Source: Yuukianura sp. NJ FZ-2021 (lineage: Eukaryota). From it: a stretch of DNA of 64,000 nucleotides. Both the position numbers and the translations under genes were made by a program. The notes under the pieces are model-generated. The model was not told the origin of the DNA. It searched no databases and saw nothing but the letters and a program-made list of their open reading frames with translations. How positions within the stretch are numbered: the first letter of the stretch is position 1; each line of letters begins with the position of its first letter. The stretch lies in contig CM102289.1 of the NCBI GenBank assembly GCA_046563655.1, positions 8,928,001 through 8,992,000 of the forward strand, written 5' to 3'. Shown here piece after piece: positions 37,001 to 50,594 of the stretch.

Positions 37001-40000
37001 CTATAATGACGCTGGAGATAAGATTTATGGGGCTGGAAGAGATGATGAATTGAGAACCAAAAGATGCTTCCATAGCTCATCGTCTGCACCAAACTTGACT
37101 GCGTGTTACCACGCAACCACTATACTTGACTGACTCAGCGCCAGCAGCAGCATCAAGCACATTTCCAGCAGCATCAAGCATATTTCCAGCACGCCACGCT
37201 TTTTGACACACCTCAAAGGCTGACGCTGAAGTCGAAATTTTCTTTTTGAGCAAAGTTAAGCACACACACCTTTCAAAGTTAAGAACTGATGATGATGAGT
37301 CAGAAGGAAAAAGTTGTGTGGGCTTCCCTCATCATCTTCAAAAAGCAAATCAGAAAGCGAGGAAATGAGAAGAGCGCGCTTTTTTGAAAAAAGAGAAACA
37401 GAACGTTGGTTTGCTCCTTAGAGAGACGCTGGTGTTATTGACAAGGTGAAAGTTTTAAGACTTTTCTCTTCTTAATGGAGAGAGATGAGAGACATAGTTA
37501 GTTTGACTTACCCAAAGTTTCTGCTCCCGTAAAACTTGGATCGACCAGGTTAGAAAAGTTATCAAAAGTATCAAAGGCAGTGTTGAACAATGGGTAGTCC
37601 CAGCCCTGTCATTAGATCCAAAAAGTTCAAAAATATAACAAAACCAATCATAACTTTTCATCATCATCTTCAGATACATCTTGAGGGACCCTTAAGTACA
37701 CTCCTCACACCATCAGACCTTAATTAAGGACTCTTTTCATTTTCCAGAAAAACTTTAGTTTCAGAAATCTCACAAAAAGTCAGCACGCCAGTTGTATTTT
37801 TTCAAAAATATTTCGGCTCAAAATATTACCGTATTTCACGGCGTATATCCCGCATAAGTTTGCAGCCTACCATACATGTCAAATAGCCTATTTTCTCCCA
37901 GACGCTGTGAATTAGGGTACTCCAAAAATATTTCCGCTCTAAATATTACCGTATTTCACGGCGTATATCCCACATCACGTTAAACCCTACCATGCATGTC
38001 AAATTTCAGTATTGTATTCATATCGCGAACCGGTAACACGCGAGATATACGCCGTGAAATACGGTACTTTAAAAATGTTTTTTGCAGAAATTGGGATATT
38101 TACTATAAAAAAAAAGTAATAAAATGTGACTTTTTTATCTTTAAAATTATAACATCGCGCTGAATTTTTTTCGTCTGCTACCATTGCATAGGTTGGCCCT
38201 ATGAATCTTTGTGCTTTTCTCCCATGAATCTCTGTCTTGCCTAAGTTAAGGACTTTCTCACCTGCCAAAGTAAGTTACGTTTATAGAATCCTCGCTCACC
38301 TTTGGGGCGTTAGTTACGCTGAAGCGAATAAATGGGATGCCCAGATTCCCAAAGAAAGCAAAAGCAGCTTCATCTCCAGACAGCGTCGATGAGAACAGAA
38401 TCCCAGGGCTGGTTCCAGAATTTATTTTCTGTTCAGGAGACACAACCAGCGCATCCAGCTCCTTAACACGCTGAATCGCTTTTCTCGCCACTTCTCTCAG
38501 CAGAGGAGAAGACACGACGTGGAGTGTTTGGTTCCCTTGGAGAAGACGACTCAAGTCGATGTAAGCAACAGCTCTGCTCCAAATTTCAAAATGATGTTCC
38601 TAAAATTTAAAATGAATTTCAAAATTCAGGAGTAGGAAAGGAAGCGGAATCTAAAATGCCATCTGAAAAAGCATTTCCAGGTTCAGAATTTGAAATTCCG
38701 TAATTCAGAAGGCATATTCAGAGAACCATGAGAGATGGTTTTTGCATTTCCGTTTTAAGTTAGGTTGGTTTGGATTAGGTTAGTGTGGAATCAGCACCTG
38801 GAGCCAGTGGAACACTCCAGCGGATGCATACAAATGAGCGTCCCAGGAAATGAACAGGATGGAACGCCGCGGTTTCCATCCGGACTGGACCGTCGTTTCG
38901 AAACTTCTGGCCAGTTCTGTGGTCACGGCTATGCCGATTCCAGGATCTCCAGCGCCGTAAGTCCAAGAGTCATGGGCACATCCAACAATAATGTATCTGA
39001 AAACATAACATGAAATGATAAAATAACATAAAATGATAACATAACATAAGGAAAAAAATTAAGATCAAAAAGTTATTTTTAGAACACGGTGAAAAAACAG
39101 AGCCTAACTAAACTCTTTTTTTGTAGAGAAAGTTGAGAAAGATAAAAGAGTGAAAGTTTAAGCGTAAATGATGACCAAAGCCACTTAATCCCTTGTTCGT
39201 CGTCCCAATCGCTTAACCTGTATTACTTTCCACCGGTTCACAAATGATCTTACCAAAGAAAAAAAACTTTCTCTTACTACTTTTCTCTTGTTCAACTTTC
39301 GAACAAAATTTGTCTTTTAGAGAAAAAGTTCAGTTTGAGCGTTTTTTTTTCAAGTTAAGTCTCAAAAACTTTTTGTGGAGACTGAAATTAGTCTTGTGGG
39401 AATTAGTTCAATAATTTCCACGTTCTTAATTTTAATCGTTCCTTTTAATCTTACTTTTACGACATCTCAAAACGAATAAGAAAAAAACGACGCGTGGAAG
39501 AAATTTACAATGATCGGGCTTATCCTAGCTGAAACTGACACAAATTTCTACTTTCTCGGATTTTTTTTTTTGCAAATCTCTTTTTTTCCGAATTTTTGCT
39601 TGAAATCTTTTTTTTTTTGCATGTTTTTGTTAGGTTGGGCACTTGAATATTACTATTGTTGTAGATGTGTGTATGCTTCTAAGGGCCATCACGGTTCAGT
39701 TCCTTTTGTTCTTTTCCGTCATCATAGCCTTCCATAAAACCAAGACGAACAACCACGCACGGAAGGAACTCCAGAATGGCTCAGAAAAAAGTAAAAAAGA
39801 AATGGATGGGCTCTCAATCCGCTGAACGGTGGTGGCAGTGTTTTGTACTCCAATGTTTTTGAGCGTCTCAATACCTAACATGAAGTCTAACTTGGAAAGT
39901 ATTTCAGTGCCTAAGTTGAAAGAAGTATTTTCAGTGAAAGCGCGGGAAGGAGGAAGTGAAGTGAGAGAAAGCACATAGGAAACAGGAAATGTGATGGAAC

Positions 40001-43000
40001 CAAGGCTCCCCTACACTTTCTACCGGCAGTCCATTCAAAAAATAAAACACAAGCAAAACACACAGTCGAAGCAGGTCAATTCGTAAGCTCAATTTCGTAA
40101 GCAGTCAATTCGTAAGCAGTCAATTCGTAAGCACCCAAATTCGTAAGCAGCCCAATTCGTAAGCACCCCAATTCGTAAGCATAGTCAATTCGTAAGCATC
40201 CTAATTCGTAAACTCGGAAAATTCGTAAGCAAGGTCAGTTCGTAAGCACCCGAATTCGTAAGCATCCAATTCGTAAGCATGGTCAACTCGTAAACATAGT
40301 CAATTCGTAAGCATTGCGAATTGTTGGCGGTTAGCTTTTTTTTTGTTCTTTTTGCATTGTCTAAACAATGGATACAATCCGTTGAAAATGTGAGTCAGTT
40401 ACAATAGCAAAATTCGGCCCTACATAACAAAAGAAATACGAAAATAGATTCTTAGGAAATGGCTGCTTACGAATTTGGTGCGCTGACGAATTTGCTGCTT
40501 ATGAATTGTTTTTGCTTAGGAATTTGGTTGCTTACGAATTGGAATGCTTACGAATTGACTATGCTTACGAATTGACTATGCTTACGAATTTGGGTGCTTA
40601 CGAATTGGAATGCTTACGAATTGACTGCTTACGAATTGGGATGTTTACGAATTGACTGCTTACGAAATTTAGCTTATGAATTGACCTGGAACCACACACA
40701 GTTTGCATTTTCTTTTGTTTTTAGTACGCTCGACTTAAGACGTACTTTTGCCTCTACTCTTTGTTTTTTAGTTTCAGTTTTTCAAATCCGTAAAAGAAAA
40801 AAATTTGGTGAAACTGCGAACCTTGAAGAAAGTATTTCCTAGAAAATTTTTTTTAAACAAATGCGGTTCTCTGGAATGGCTTGATGTCTTGAGTTTTAGT
40901 GTTTGAGAATAGGCACATCAAACTTCAAACCCCAATGTTAACGAACAACAAAACCGCCGACGACAAAATTTGTAAAAATCAAATCTACCTAAATATTGCA
41001 CGGACCATAGGTTCTTCTTCCAATATGATGGAGCATTTAGTTTTTCGAGAAATTGGAAAATTCCGAATGTAAAACAATCAAATAGTTAAGAACTTAAATA
41101 AATTTCTCACCAAACTTTGGAAGCACAAAGTCCTACTACTTTGCAGAATATTTTTGAATTTTTTTTCAGTTTCGGTAAATTTGTTTCGACGAATTGTACA
41201 TTTCAGAGTTCTGAAACTGACTTGATTATGTCTCAATTTGAACACAACAAAAGACTTTAGAGGAAAATCGTAAACAAGTGAGTCTTTGTGCGTTTCTTAG
41301 TAAAAACTTAAATTTGGCGCTATTGCTCTCACCTGTCAGACTCCCATGCTCCGGGAATTGCCGCCACCACGTTGTAAATTGTACTCATTTTCCCTTCATT
41401 AAAAATATGTAGGCCAACTTCCAAATTGCCGCCCATCGGATACACGTCTCTCAACAGTCCTCCCTTCCACGAACTTCTGCTTGACCTCTGCTCTGTAGCC
41501 CTCAGTAACCTAGACAATCAAAAGCAATTGTTAGCCTAACATTTTAGACAAAACAAGGAATTGTTAACCTAACATTTTGGACAAAAGAAGAAATTGTTAG
41601 CCGATTTCTTAGCACAAAGGCCATAAACGGACCACTTTGAGCAAATGACAATTGGAAATCAATTTTATACCTCAGAAGATTCCGAGCATCGTTGGAACTT
41701 ATTGTGTGTGCAGGAAGAAGACCTTTCTCTCGACGCTTCTGAAAGTGTTGTATATAAAGAGAAAGAATCAATTGATTAGTCCTTTTCTGTAGTCCTTTTT
41801 AGTCGCTCTCTCATAGACTTTGCTATAGGCTTTTCCTAGTTCATGAATTTCTAAACTAGGTTCTTCCGCTGTCATCCGTTCTTTCCTTGATAGTACGCCA
41901 ATGATTGGACTCAAGTGAAAAAGAAAGTTTGAGATCAGGCTGAAGGAAAGTCTATGGTAGAAAATAGGCTTTTTAGAATCTGTTTCTGAAGTCTATGATT
42001 CCTGTATCTACTCGAGGGACGTTCCAGAAGGCTGTCTGACATGGCAATAGCCTTTTGGCATAGTCTAGTGCCATGGGTAGGTTAGGTTTTGGCACAAGAC
42101 GACTTTGTCCATGGAGAAAGTGCAGAGAAAGTGGCTATATCCAGCCTATTTGTAATAATAATATTGTAAAACACAGGGGAATAGAAAGAAGAATTTCTTT
42201 TAAAGATAAAAGACAGCACTAAAGGCGCCTTTCTCTCAGCACTTTCGCCATCATTCTCTCCTGTCACCAAAATAGAGCAAACATCTCCAAAAAAAAATAC
42301 AAAGTCATACATGCGTTGTAAAGAAAAAATATTTGCACAAATTGAAGGTTTTTATAAAAACCAAAAAAATGGTGCCAGAAAATGTAGGTCAATCACCATC
42401 TACTTAAGCTGCCGCAGCACAGCATGTGGGGCAACAAAAAAAAACTTGTAAAACTTGGGGCTAAAATTTTAAGTTCTGTGACAAATTTTTTGATTGCTAA
42501 AATTTTAAGTTCTGTGACAAATTTTTTTATTGCTAAAATTATTACGGTTTTTTATGTTGCCAGAAACTGAATTGCGGCAATAAGCAGTATGCTCGTCAAA
42601 GATGTGATAAGAAATTTTTGTGTGAAATTTTTTCTTTTTGGAAACTTTTTTTTTGTTAATCTTGTTTTCCGCTTGGTAAAATTAAATTTCTTGTGCATTT
42701 GTTTGTATACTTAAACCAAAGGTTTCTTGATCCATTATTTTGCTGGCTCGCAACATTTCTCAGTTTTGAAAAGTAAGTTTTTGGTACGCTTTTTAAACTG
42801 AAATGTTTTTATTTTATTTTTTAAATTTGAAAAAGTACTTACAAAATGGTCATGGAATTGTGCCAAACCCAACAACGAGTCTCGTCGTACAGCACTTCCA
42901 GGTAGATTTGGTCCAAAATCTGCCGGATCCGGATAAAATACGAGCCCAGCAACTCCGAAAGAAGCGGCAGTCAATACCTTTAAAAGTCAAGCCAAATTTT

Positions 43001-46000
43001 GAACAAAGTTTTCAAAAAAAGTGAAAGTTTGGCTCAAGAGAAACTACTTGAGGCTTTATTGTTGACAGTTTGTGTTATAACCGAAAGGCAGGGAGAAAAT
43101 GTTAGTATTCCAAAGTGACATAATAAAATATTCAAAATTCATATGGATCCTACTTTCACCGGGGGATGTTGAGGCTTTTTCTCAAAAGAGAAAGTTTTTT
43201 TTTCCGCCGTCATGCGTCTATTTTGTATTATGAAAATAGTGTCTTCATATTCCATTACCGTAAGTCTGGATGAACTGTCGGAGGAGGAGGAGGAGGTGGA
43301 GGAGGAGGGAGAGAACTATCCGGAGGGAAGCCAAGAGTGAAAATGCAATTTAGAAGTGAAGCTTATGACAGCCCATTGATATAGTACCGCAGGAGGCGAT
43401 TATGGTTTCAAAAAATAACCTTTCTCTGTTATTAAAATTTGAAAGAAAAAAAGTTCACAGCGTCTGCGTATCCTTTGTTGTATCAACAAACTCCGCTCGA
43501 TCCAAAAACATGAGTGAAAATTTGAAATTTGGAGGCCAAAAAAGGCGAATCCACTTTCCTACGCTTTGAATGTGTCCCGAAATGCATTTCGGCTTATGCT
43601 AATGCAATGACAGGCTATTAACGATCCGTGCAAAGGACACGAGCACTTCCTCGCACTTTCTCCTCCACTTTCACTTATGTTGACCACTTCCACTTTCAAA
43701 AACTGCCGCGTGTCCACTACTACCATCACTCGAGACACAAAATTGAGCGAAAATCCAATTTCAAAACAAATGGAAATAAAAGCTTTTGCCATAAAAAATT
43801 TCTCGTAAATTGAAGTCCGTTTCTGATTTCAAAATTTTGCGAAAAAAAAATCAAATCATAATTTTTTTAGTACGTCTCCTCTCATATAGTTTTTAAGTAA
43901 AAGGCCAAAAAGTAGCTGGATGAAGATCACAATTTTTTTTAAAACAAAAAGTTTGAAATTTTTAAGTGCGTTTGGAGCTGTGCAATTCAGGGGGAGATAT
44001 GTGAGCATGTGATTGTACAGTAAACGTTCCAATTGTGCAAAATTTTTCTAGGTTAGTCTAGTTTTTTCAAGTTAGGCTAGTTTTTTTTTTTCAAGTTAGC
44101 CTACTTTTTTTTTAAGTTTGATAATTTACGTACCACTTGAGAGAGGTGTGTTGACCCAAATCTGAGGAGGGCCACTGCTCCACGTACAGAAATGCCTTGG
44201 TGCTGGAGCGCCTGGAAGTCCTGGACAGTTCCATAGTGGCCATAAATAAGGGTCCCTGTAGAGTCATCAACAGAGACAAGGAGACAATTCATTCTTTTCA
44301 ACATGTCTCCCACTCAACAGCACGATAAGGCAGTCCTTAAGACATACCAAATCTAAGTTAGGCTAACGTTAGGTTAGTAGCCTAACATAGATTCAGAAAG
44401 AACGTCAACGTCAGGGACATTGGGCAGATAAGACACGGACCAGCAGGAGTCGAAAGCCTTTTGAGCCTATTGACTCCTGCTTTCCCGCGCTTTTTCGCTC
44501 CAAAAGCACTTTCTCTCATTTGAATTTTTAAATTTTCCCGGCTCATCATTAGGACTCATCCAGAGGCCATCCCATTACCATCCAAATGCAAATCTCTCCG
44601 CTTAAAACTTTCTCTCTCCCCTCTTTCCATAAATGGAAAGTTTGTTTAGAGCTTTTCATTTCTAAAAAATCTCCTTCCATTTTTCAATTTTCTAAAAACG
44701 AAAAAGTTTTGTTTAAAAACGCGCTTCCAAGCACAGCACTTTTCATTGTCTTAAGAAGCTTTTGTGGTTGTTAGCCTACGTTACCATTAAGATTCGCGGG
44801 AGGTGAGAACGCAATTAATGGACGGGTGCTGGGCTGATCTGCGTCGTCGCCGAGAAGTGATGTTCTCCAACTGACTGATCCGTTTCTGTCATACACTTCC
44901 AGAAAATTTGACGTTTCAGACCTACAAAATTAAAAAAAAAAATTAAAAAAAGATATTTTTTGACCTTTTGACAAATTTAGCCACCTCTTCAAAAATCGTA
45001 ACACCCAAAACCTAAAAAATTAAAGGTCTTATACAGATTTGATTATGCTGGAATCCAGAGAAATTTCAGTTTGCTGTCTTTTATTTTCAAAAAGTTTTTT
45101 CTTTATTTTCAAAATTCGTTTTTTAACACGCGTATATCTGTATCACAGCCTTTAAAAAAATCCGAAATAATGACTACAGGAAATGATGAGAAATTGAATT
45201 CTGAAAGAAATAAAAAAAAAGTTAGGACTTAATCAATTCAATCCTCATTGACTTGCCAATTCGTTTTTATTGCCTTTGATCATGAATCCAATTCCACCAA
45301 AAAACGAGGAAAAAAACGAATTGTTCTCAAAGTAATTTCAAATTCATCAGATTCTTAAGAATACGACAAAGTCTTCCAGGAAATTGGATCCTCAGAATTA
45401 AAATCCCTGTTCTATATAAAACTTCTTCTAAACTTAGCTCTTCACAACTTTTCTCGACAGTTTATTTGATTTTCTCATTTTTTTAATCTTAAGCAACAGG
45501 ATCATTGTCAATGAAATCTAATTCGTTAAATCTGTATAAAAAAAAAAGGTTTCATGAATCACTTTTCTGTATTTTAAAAAAAAACGTGAAGTGTCGATTT
45601 AGGGGTTCACAAATTTTCGACTCTTTTCAAAAAGAAGAAAAGAGAAAGCTGTTGAAACAAAAGAAAAGTGAATTTCTCTGTTCCATTCAGCAATGGATAG
45701 ACAAAAAAAATTAGGTCGCTTCCACTCTACTGTTCAGAATACATTTGCATTGACTCAATAAAAGTTACAAAAAAATGAGACAAAAATTTTTAGAAAAGAG
45801 TATTTTTTTAAAGTTGTCGACTCTCGAGGAATAGTGAAAGTAGGAGACTTTTTTTCAAAAATGAAGGAAAGAGAGCACATAGGCCTCTCATGTTGAGTGT
45901 GCCACTCAAAAAGGATTGTGGAGTTCCTGAATTGATACATCAGCGGAAACGAGTTAAGTTCTGGAGGGGGTCCTTCCAGGAAAAAAAACTGGAAGTCCTC

Positions 46001-49000
46001 GCGTAGTCGACTCCTTGAACGTGACTAGGAAATGTAAAAAATATTCTAGACTTTCGATAAAAAAACGGCAGAAGTGGATGGGGAATTGAAGAGATTTCTC
46101 TAAAGACTTCCTAATTGACATGAACTCATTAGACAAGAGGAGAAAGTGAGTTCCTTGCTTTCTCTTTTTAGTACAACTCTCAGGGTAGTAACCTAAAATG
46201 CTATTTTAAGAACCTCTTTGAGTCACTTAATTTCATTTTGAACGATTTTTTTCTTACTCTAAATTTTCAAAAAATGCTACTTTACGACCAATTTCTAGTG
46301 ATTCAGAACATAAAATTCGGGAAAAGACTAAAAAGAAAAACTGGAATAATTTAGTAGATTCATTGGACCATAAACTGTGCAAAAATCGAAGTCATTTGAA
46401 CATTTTAAGTTGCAACTTTTACAAACTTCAGAGCACGGGTTTCAGTACGAGTTGATAAAATTTTGAAAATTTCAAAATTTTGGTTAAATTAGGCAAAAGT
46501 TGCTACTAATGTAGTAATCAGCATCCTACACCAGGTTTGACCTTGACCTTTTTCTGTAACTTTCGCTACTTGTCTACTTTGTTTCGCAAAATTACGCAAA
46601 TAATTGCTACCATAGTGTACATTCAGTTTTAATTTTATGTTATGTTTTTACATGACTACGATGCCATAGTTACTTTCACTTTTTTTTACTTTCTCCTTAC
46701 TAAAATGTTGCTTGGCATGAAGTTTAAGAAAAATGGAAATAAAATAAATAGAAAAGTGAATTTGATAAAAAGAAAGTATTGTTAAATTATTGGCTCACTT
46801 GGTAATAAGGGCCTTGTGCTGCTCGAAGCGAACGGACAAGCCGTAGCTCCTCCATAAGTCACGAATTGCCATTGCCATGGATTTCCCTTCAAGCGTTCCC
46901 GCCATATGAGCCTCCTGACTCATCCGTCTACAAAAGACAAAAGTTCACAATTCAATTTGTTACACAAAGCAACCGAGACGTGCCATTTCATGCACAAGGA
47001 ATGAAACCAGGACACGGAAAAATGGAAATCTTACATAAAATGTCGTTAGTCTTTGGAGAACATGTTACCTAACTTACATAAAAACATAACCTAACATCTT
47101 ATTCAAACGCGTTGAACCAAAATTTGAACTTTTTGAAACAAGGGCCCAAAATTTATCAAGCCTGACCTCAACTTTTTGAAACTTTGAGCCTTTTGCAGAA
47201 GGTTAACTAAAAAGATTTGTGTAAAGTTTAAAAAAAAGTTTGTGAAATGTTTACTGGCTTTGATGTTGGTCTAATTTAACTTTGTACTCACACTTCATTA
47301 AAACACAAACCTTACAATTTGTATTTCCATTTTCGTTTTTTCTAAATTTTTATTTTTTGTTTGGGATCAAATTCCGTAAAAAAAAGTTGTAAGAGGTTGC
47401 GAACAGCCTCTTAAAAATTGCATAAAAATTTAAAACCACTTTTGCTTTCACTCTCCTCCTGTTCAGAATAAAGTCAAATGATGCTAAGGGTTAATCCTCC
47501 GAACTTTTTCAAAAAATTTCAAAATGCTTTTGATTTTTTTTTGATCAACCTGATCTGTGATTAGTTGAAGAGAGTTGTTTTGTATTACCGTATTGATCCA
47601 TAATCTGCTTTCTCCCGCGTATCTATGGAAGGAAGAGATCAAGGACCTCTGCATTCACCAAAAATAAAACTCTCTATACAAAAAGTCCTTCCAGAGTTCA
47701 ATATTTACTTTCCTTGCTTTCACCTTACAAAACATAAAGGAGCGGAAATTGGGTCCGTCGCTTCAAAAGACTTTCTCCTCACAAACCTAGAGCCAGGAGC
47801 GCCAAAAACAGCTTTTTTCTATTTCTTTTTGGCGGGCATTATGGTTCTCCGCTCTGTTGGCGGGCTTTTTCAAAATAAGGCGGAGCAGCTTAACGCTTCA
47901 TTGTTTCTTGTCAAGGAATTGGAGCGGCTGGAACAGATTGTGACGTAAATCATCATTGTTTAGGGGAACCCTAATTCTTGAGACGGAAGCAACGCAATTC
48001 CGCCAACCATTGTTCTGCTTAACCTTGGTCAGGCTTTGGCCTAACTTTGACAAGAGTTAGGCTTGGTTTGGGATTTAGCCTGACTTTTACTATAGAAAGT
48101 GAAGGAATTCGATGGTTGTTACCTGAGATTGTGTCTAATATTTTGAGCTGTGACTTGTGATAGTAGTTTGGCTAGAAGTGAATTGTTGTTCGGTGGGGAG
48201 AGGATCATCTGGGGAGTGGCAACGGTGAGGCTACTGTGGCCATCGGAGTGTAGAATGTCGCCAGATTGATGGCGACTGGATGTCGCTTCTTTGCTTTTGG
48301 ACAATGTGAGAATTGTGCCCAGTAGGAATCCAAGTAAAAATAGACCCAGAATGACAAATAGTGTATGGACCTGCGATTACCACAAACATAGTGAAATATA
48401 ACAGAACGGTTCCATGCCATTGTTTCGAATGAATTGTTTCTAACGGAAAAGTTTCTAAAGATTGATTTTGTGGAGCAATCAAGCAAAATGTGCTTTTCAC
48501 TTTGAAAAAAAAAAGTTTTGGAATTGAAGTTTCTGTGAATGGTTTTTTTCGATTTGTTTTTTTCGTCGATGGAAATTGAAAAAAATTTAAGCTCCTTTTG
48601 AAATTGAAACTGCTGAAGTAAATTGATCCAAATAATTTTCAATTTGTATTTGACCCTGCTCTTTCAGTTTCTTATCTTTGGATTTAAAAAAAGCGGCATT
48701 CAATTTGTCCAAGTTCAAAATTCTAATTTCTTGTTCTAAATTCTAATTCGGATGGTTTCAATGTTTAGATCCAGGATCAAAGAAAATAAATCTCCAGGGA
48801 AAAGGAAATCCTAAAGAGAAGACGACGCTAACCCAAAAACCTAATCGGATCTAATCTCCCTAAAATCTCTATAAAACCAAAGGAGAGAATACAAGTTAGG
48901 CTAAAGTTAGGTTGTTAGGCTAACAAAACCTAAACTTAGGCTCTTTCACTATGCAGATCCCCAAGATACAAAAGCAACTTCCAAGACTTTCTACAGAATT

Positions 49001-49345
49001 AGATCATTTGAGGTTTTCAAGGCTCCCTTAGCTCATCCGTCTCACCTCGCCCCACCCCTGCCTTCTTTCACTTACTTTTTCCCGCCAAGACTTTCGTGGT
49101 TGAATTTGGTGAAGGAAGGAATGGTGGTGGTGGGACAGACCTTGAAACAACGTTACGTTCCCACCACTACTGGCCCCACCACCGGCCCCACCGGACATAC
49201 TCGGTTGTACAAAAGTCGTCATGCTACTGGTAGAGATGATCATCTCCTCATTGTCATCTTCATTTACTTCATCTTCTGCTCCCATCTCAGTTTCCTCATC
49301 TTCATAGTCCCAACGATGATAGTCATTTACACCCTTCCGCTTCAT
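34013..49345 (-). CDS. Type II membrane peptidase M28B-family protein (PSMA/NAALADase/transferrin-receptor-like), predicted catalytically inactive (~846 aa), 14 exons
   Basis: Exons 49345-49076, 48370-48123 (TM LFVILGLFLLGFLLGTILTL), 46927-46799, 44921-44785, 44255-44134, 42977-42843, 41738-41671, 41509-41333, 38996-38798, 38599-38300, 37605-37512, 36657-36508, 34611-34449, 34361-34013; all phases consistent. Motifs HMAGT, IYGHYG..DF, YPDPAD, IYNVVAAIPG..ESDRYIIVG, GWKPRRSILFISWD, NDKLMELERAF. Confidence 0.9.
34694..35610. repeat. 59-bp minisatellite, ~15.5 copies, intronic
   Basis: Unit AAATTACATAATTCCAAATT(T/C)CAAAACGTTAAAAATTTAGTAGGAAAATCACTCTTTTT. Confidence 0.95.
37949..38064. mobile_element. 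CCGTA-type MITE; left part also duplicated ~120 bp upstream (37828)
   Basis: TA-CCGTATTTCACGGCGTATATC...GATATACGCCGTGAAATACGG-TA (21-bp perfect TIR). Confidence 0.8.
40067..40693. mobile_element. Foldback/Mutator-like non-autonomous element with modular repeat arms and 9-bp TSD
   Basis: The left arm is an array of AATTCGTAAGCA units and the right arm an array of TGCTTACGAATT. Termini ..CAGGTCAATTC / GAATTGACCTG.. ACACACAGT flanks both sides (40058-40066, 40694-40702). Confidence 0.85.
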
Positions 49346-50594
49346 TTTTTAAATTTTGGCGGGCTTTTTTGAAATCTGAAAAAGCAAAAAAAGCAATTGA
49401 AGTGAATTATGTTCCATTTGTTCCGAATTTTTTTTATGGTATCCTCTTTACACCCACTTTCTCCAGAATTTTGATTCACTGAAACGTTTTTTCAGGAATT
49501 TTGAAAATGGCTTTTTTGAATTACTGTCTTTTTCTTATTCTCGGTTTTTTGCTAGTCGTTTTTTAGTCTTTTAGTCTTTTATTACGTTAGGTTTACACCG
49601 CAGTGGATTATAGCAGGTACTTTGAAAATTTGGAAATCTGGGATGGTACTCCAGGGAGCTTCGGCTTTTCAATTTCTCTTCGTTTAAACTGAAAGATGTT
49701 TTTTCCATGTTCAAAAGCCATTTCAATTTCAATCCCCTTTTCCAACCATTGAAATGAACATAAAGGAAGTCAAGTTTTTCTACGGTTTTGGCTCTACCTT
49801 TGTCGAAAGTGAAAGTTTTTGACATGAGCCTCGTTTTTGGAATTCCGACTTTCTAAAGTTGTAAAAACCGAAAAAAGGGAATTGACTTTACAAGATTTTT
49901 TGAGTGGCGGTAAAAGAAAAGTAGAGTTTCACGAGTTGGAAAAAAGATAAGATGAGAATGAAATGATTTGGTGAGAGATTTAATTCTGGTCATTCAATAG
50001 ATTTGGTGGGACTTGCGGGACTTATAAAAAGGCTCCCACAGGGCAGAAAGTGACGCTAAGATTCCCAAATGACCCACTTGTTTCCTTGGGTTCACAAAAT
50101 GGTCATGGGATCGAGACCCACACGGAGCATTTGACAAAAAAAATTGCCTGTGGCGTGGTTGGAATAACCGGGGTTACTAAAAACTCGACGACTTTTGTCT
50201 TCATTTTCACCTAACTTTTTTTAAGTCACATTTACTGGAGTAAAAAAGTGAGAGAAAGTTGTTAAGTCCAAGTTTACCTCAACTGAGACCTTGGATAAGG
50301 ACAAAGAAAAAGCTATTGTTCTTTCTGCTCACGTTTACAAAGTAGAAGACCATCTTCACCAAATCTTTTTCACTTTCTCTTTTTTCAAACTCACTTTCAC
50401 GAGCCTTATCATGACTCTTTTGCCGCCATTGTTTCAGGAAAAAGAACTTTTGGCTACTTTCCAGAAGAAACAAAGTGGTCATACTTCATTTCATGTCGGG
50501 GATGTCATTTGCTTAGGTCAGCAGTCTCCCAAATGACTCTGTCACTCCGAACATGCAATTTTCGTTGGCTCAATCTTCACACAACGATCATTTT

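Noticed and set aside
40067..40693. CRISPR-like repeat/spacer look of the AATTCGTAAGCA arrays
   Set aside because: Repeats are 12 bp with spacers of only a few bp, the two arrays are inverted, a 9-bp TSD is present, the context is a eukaryotic intron, and there are no cas genes.
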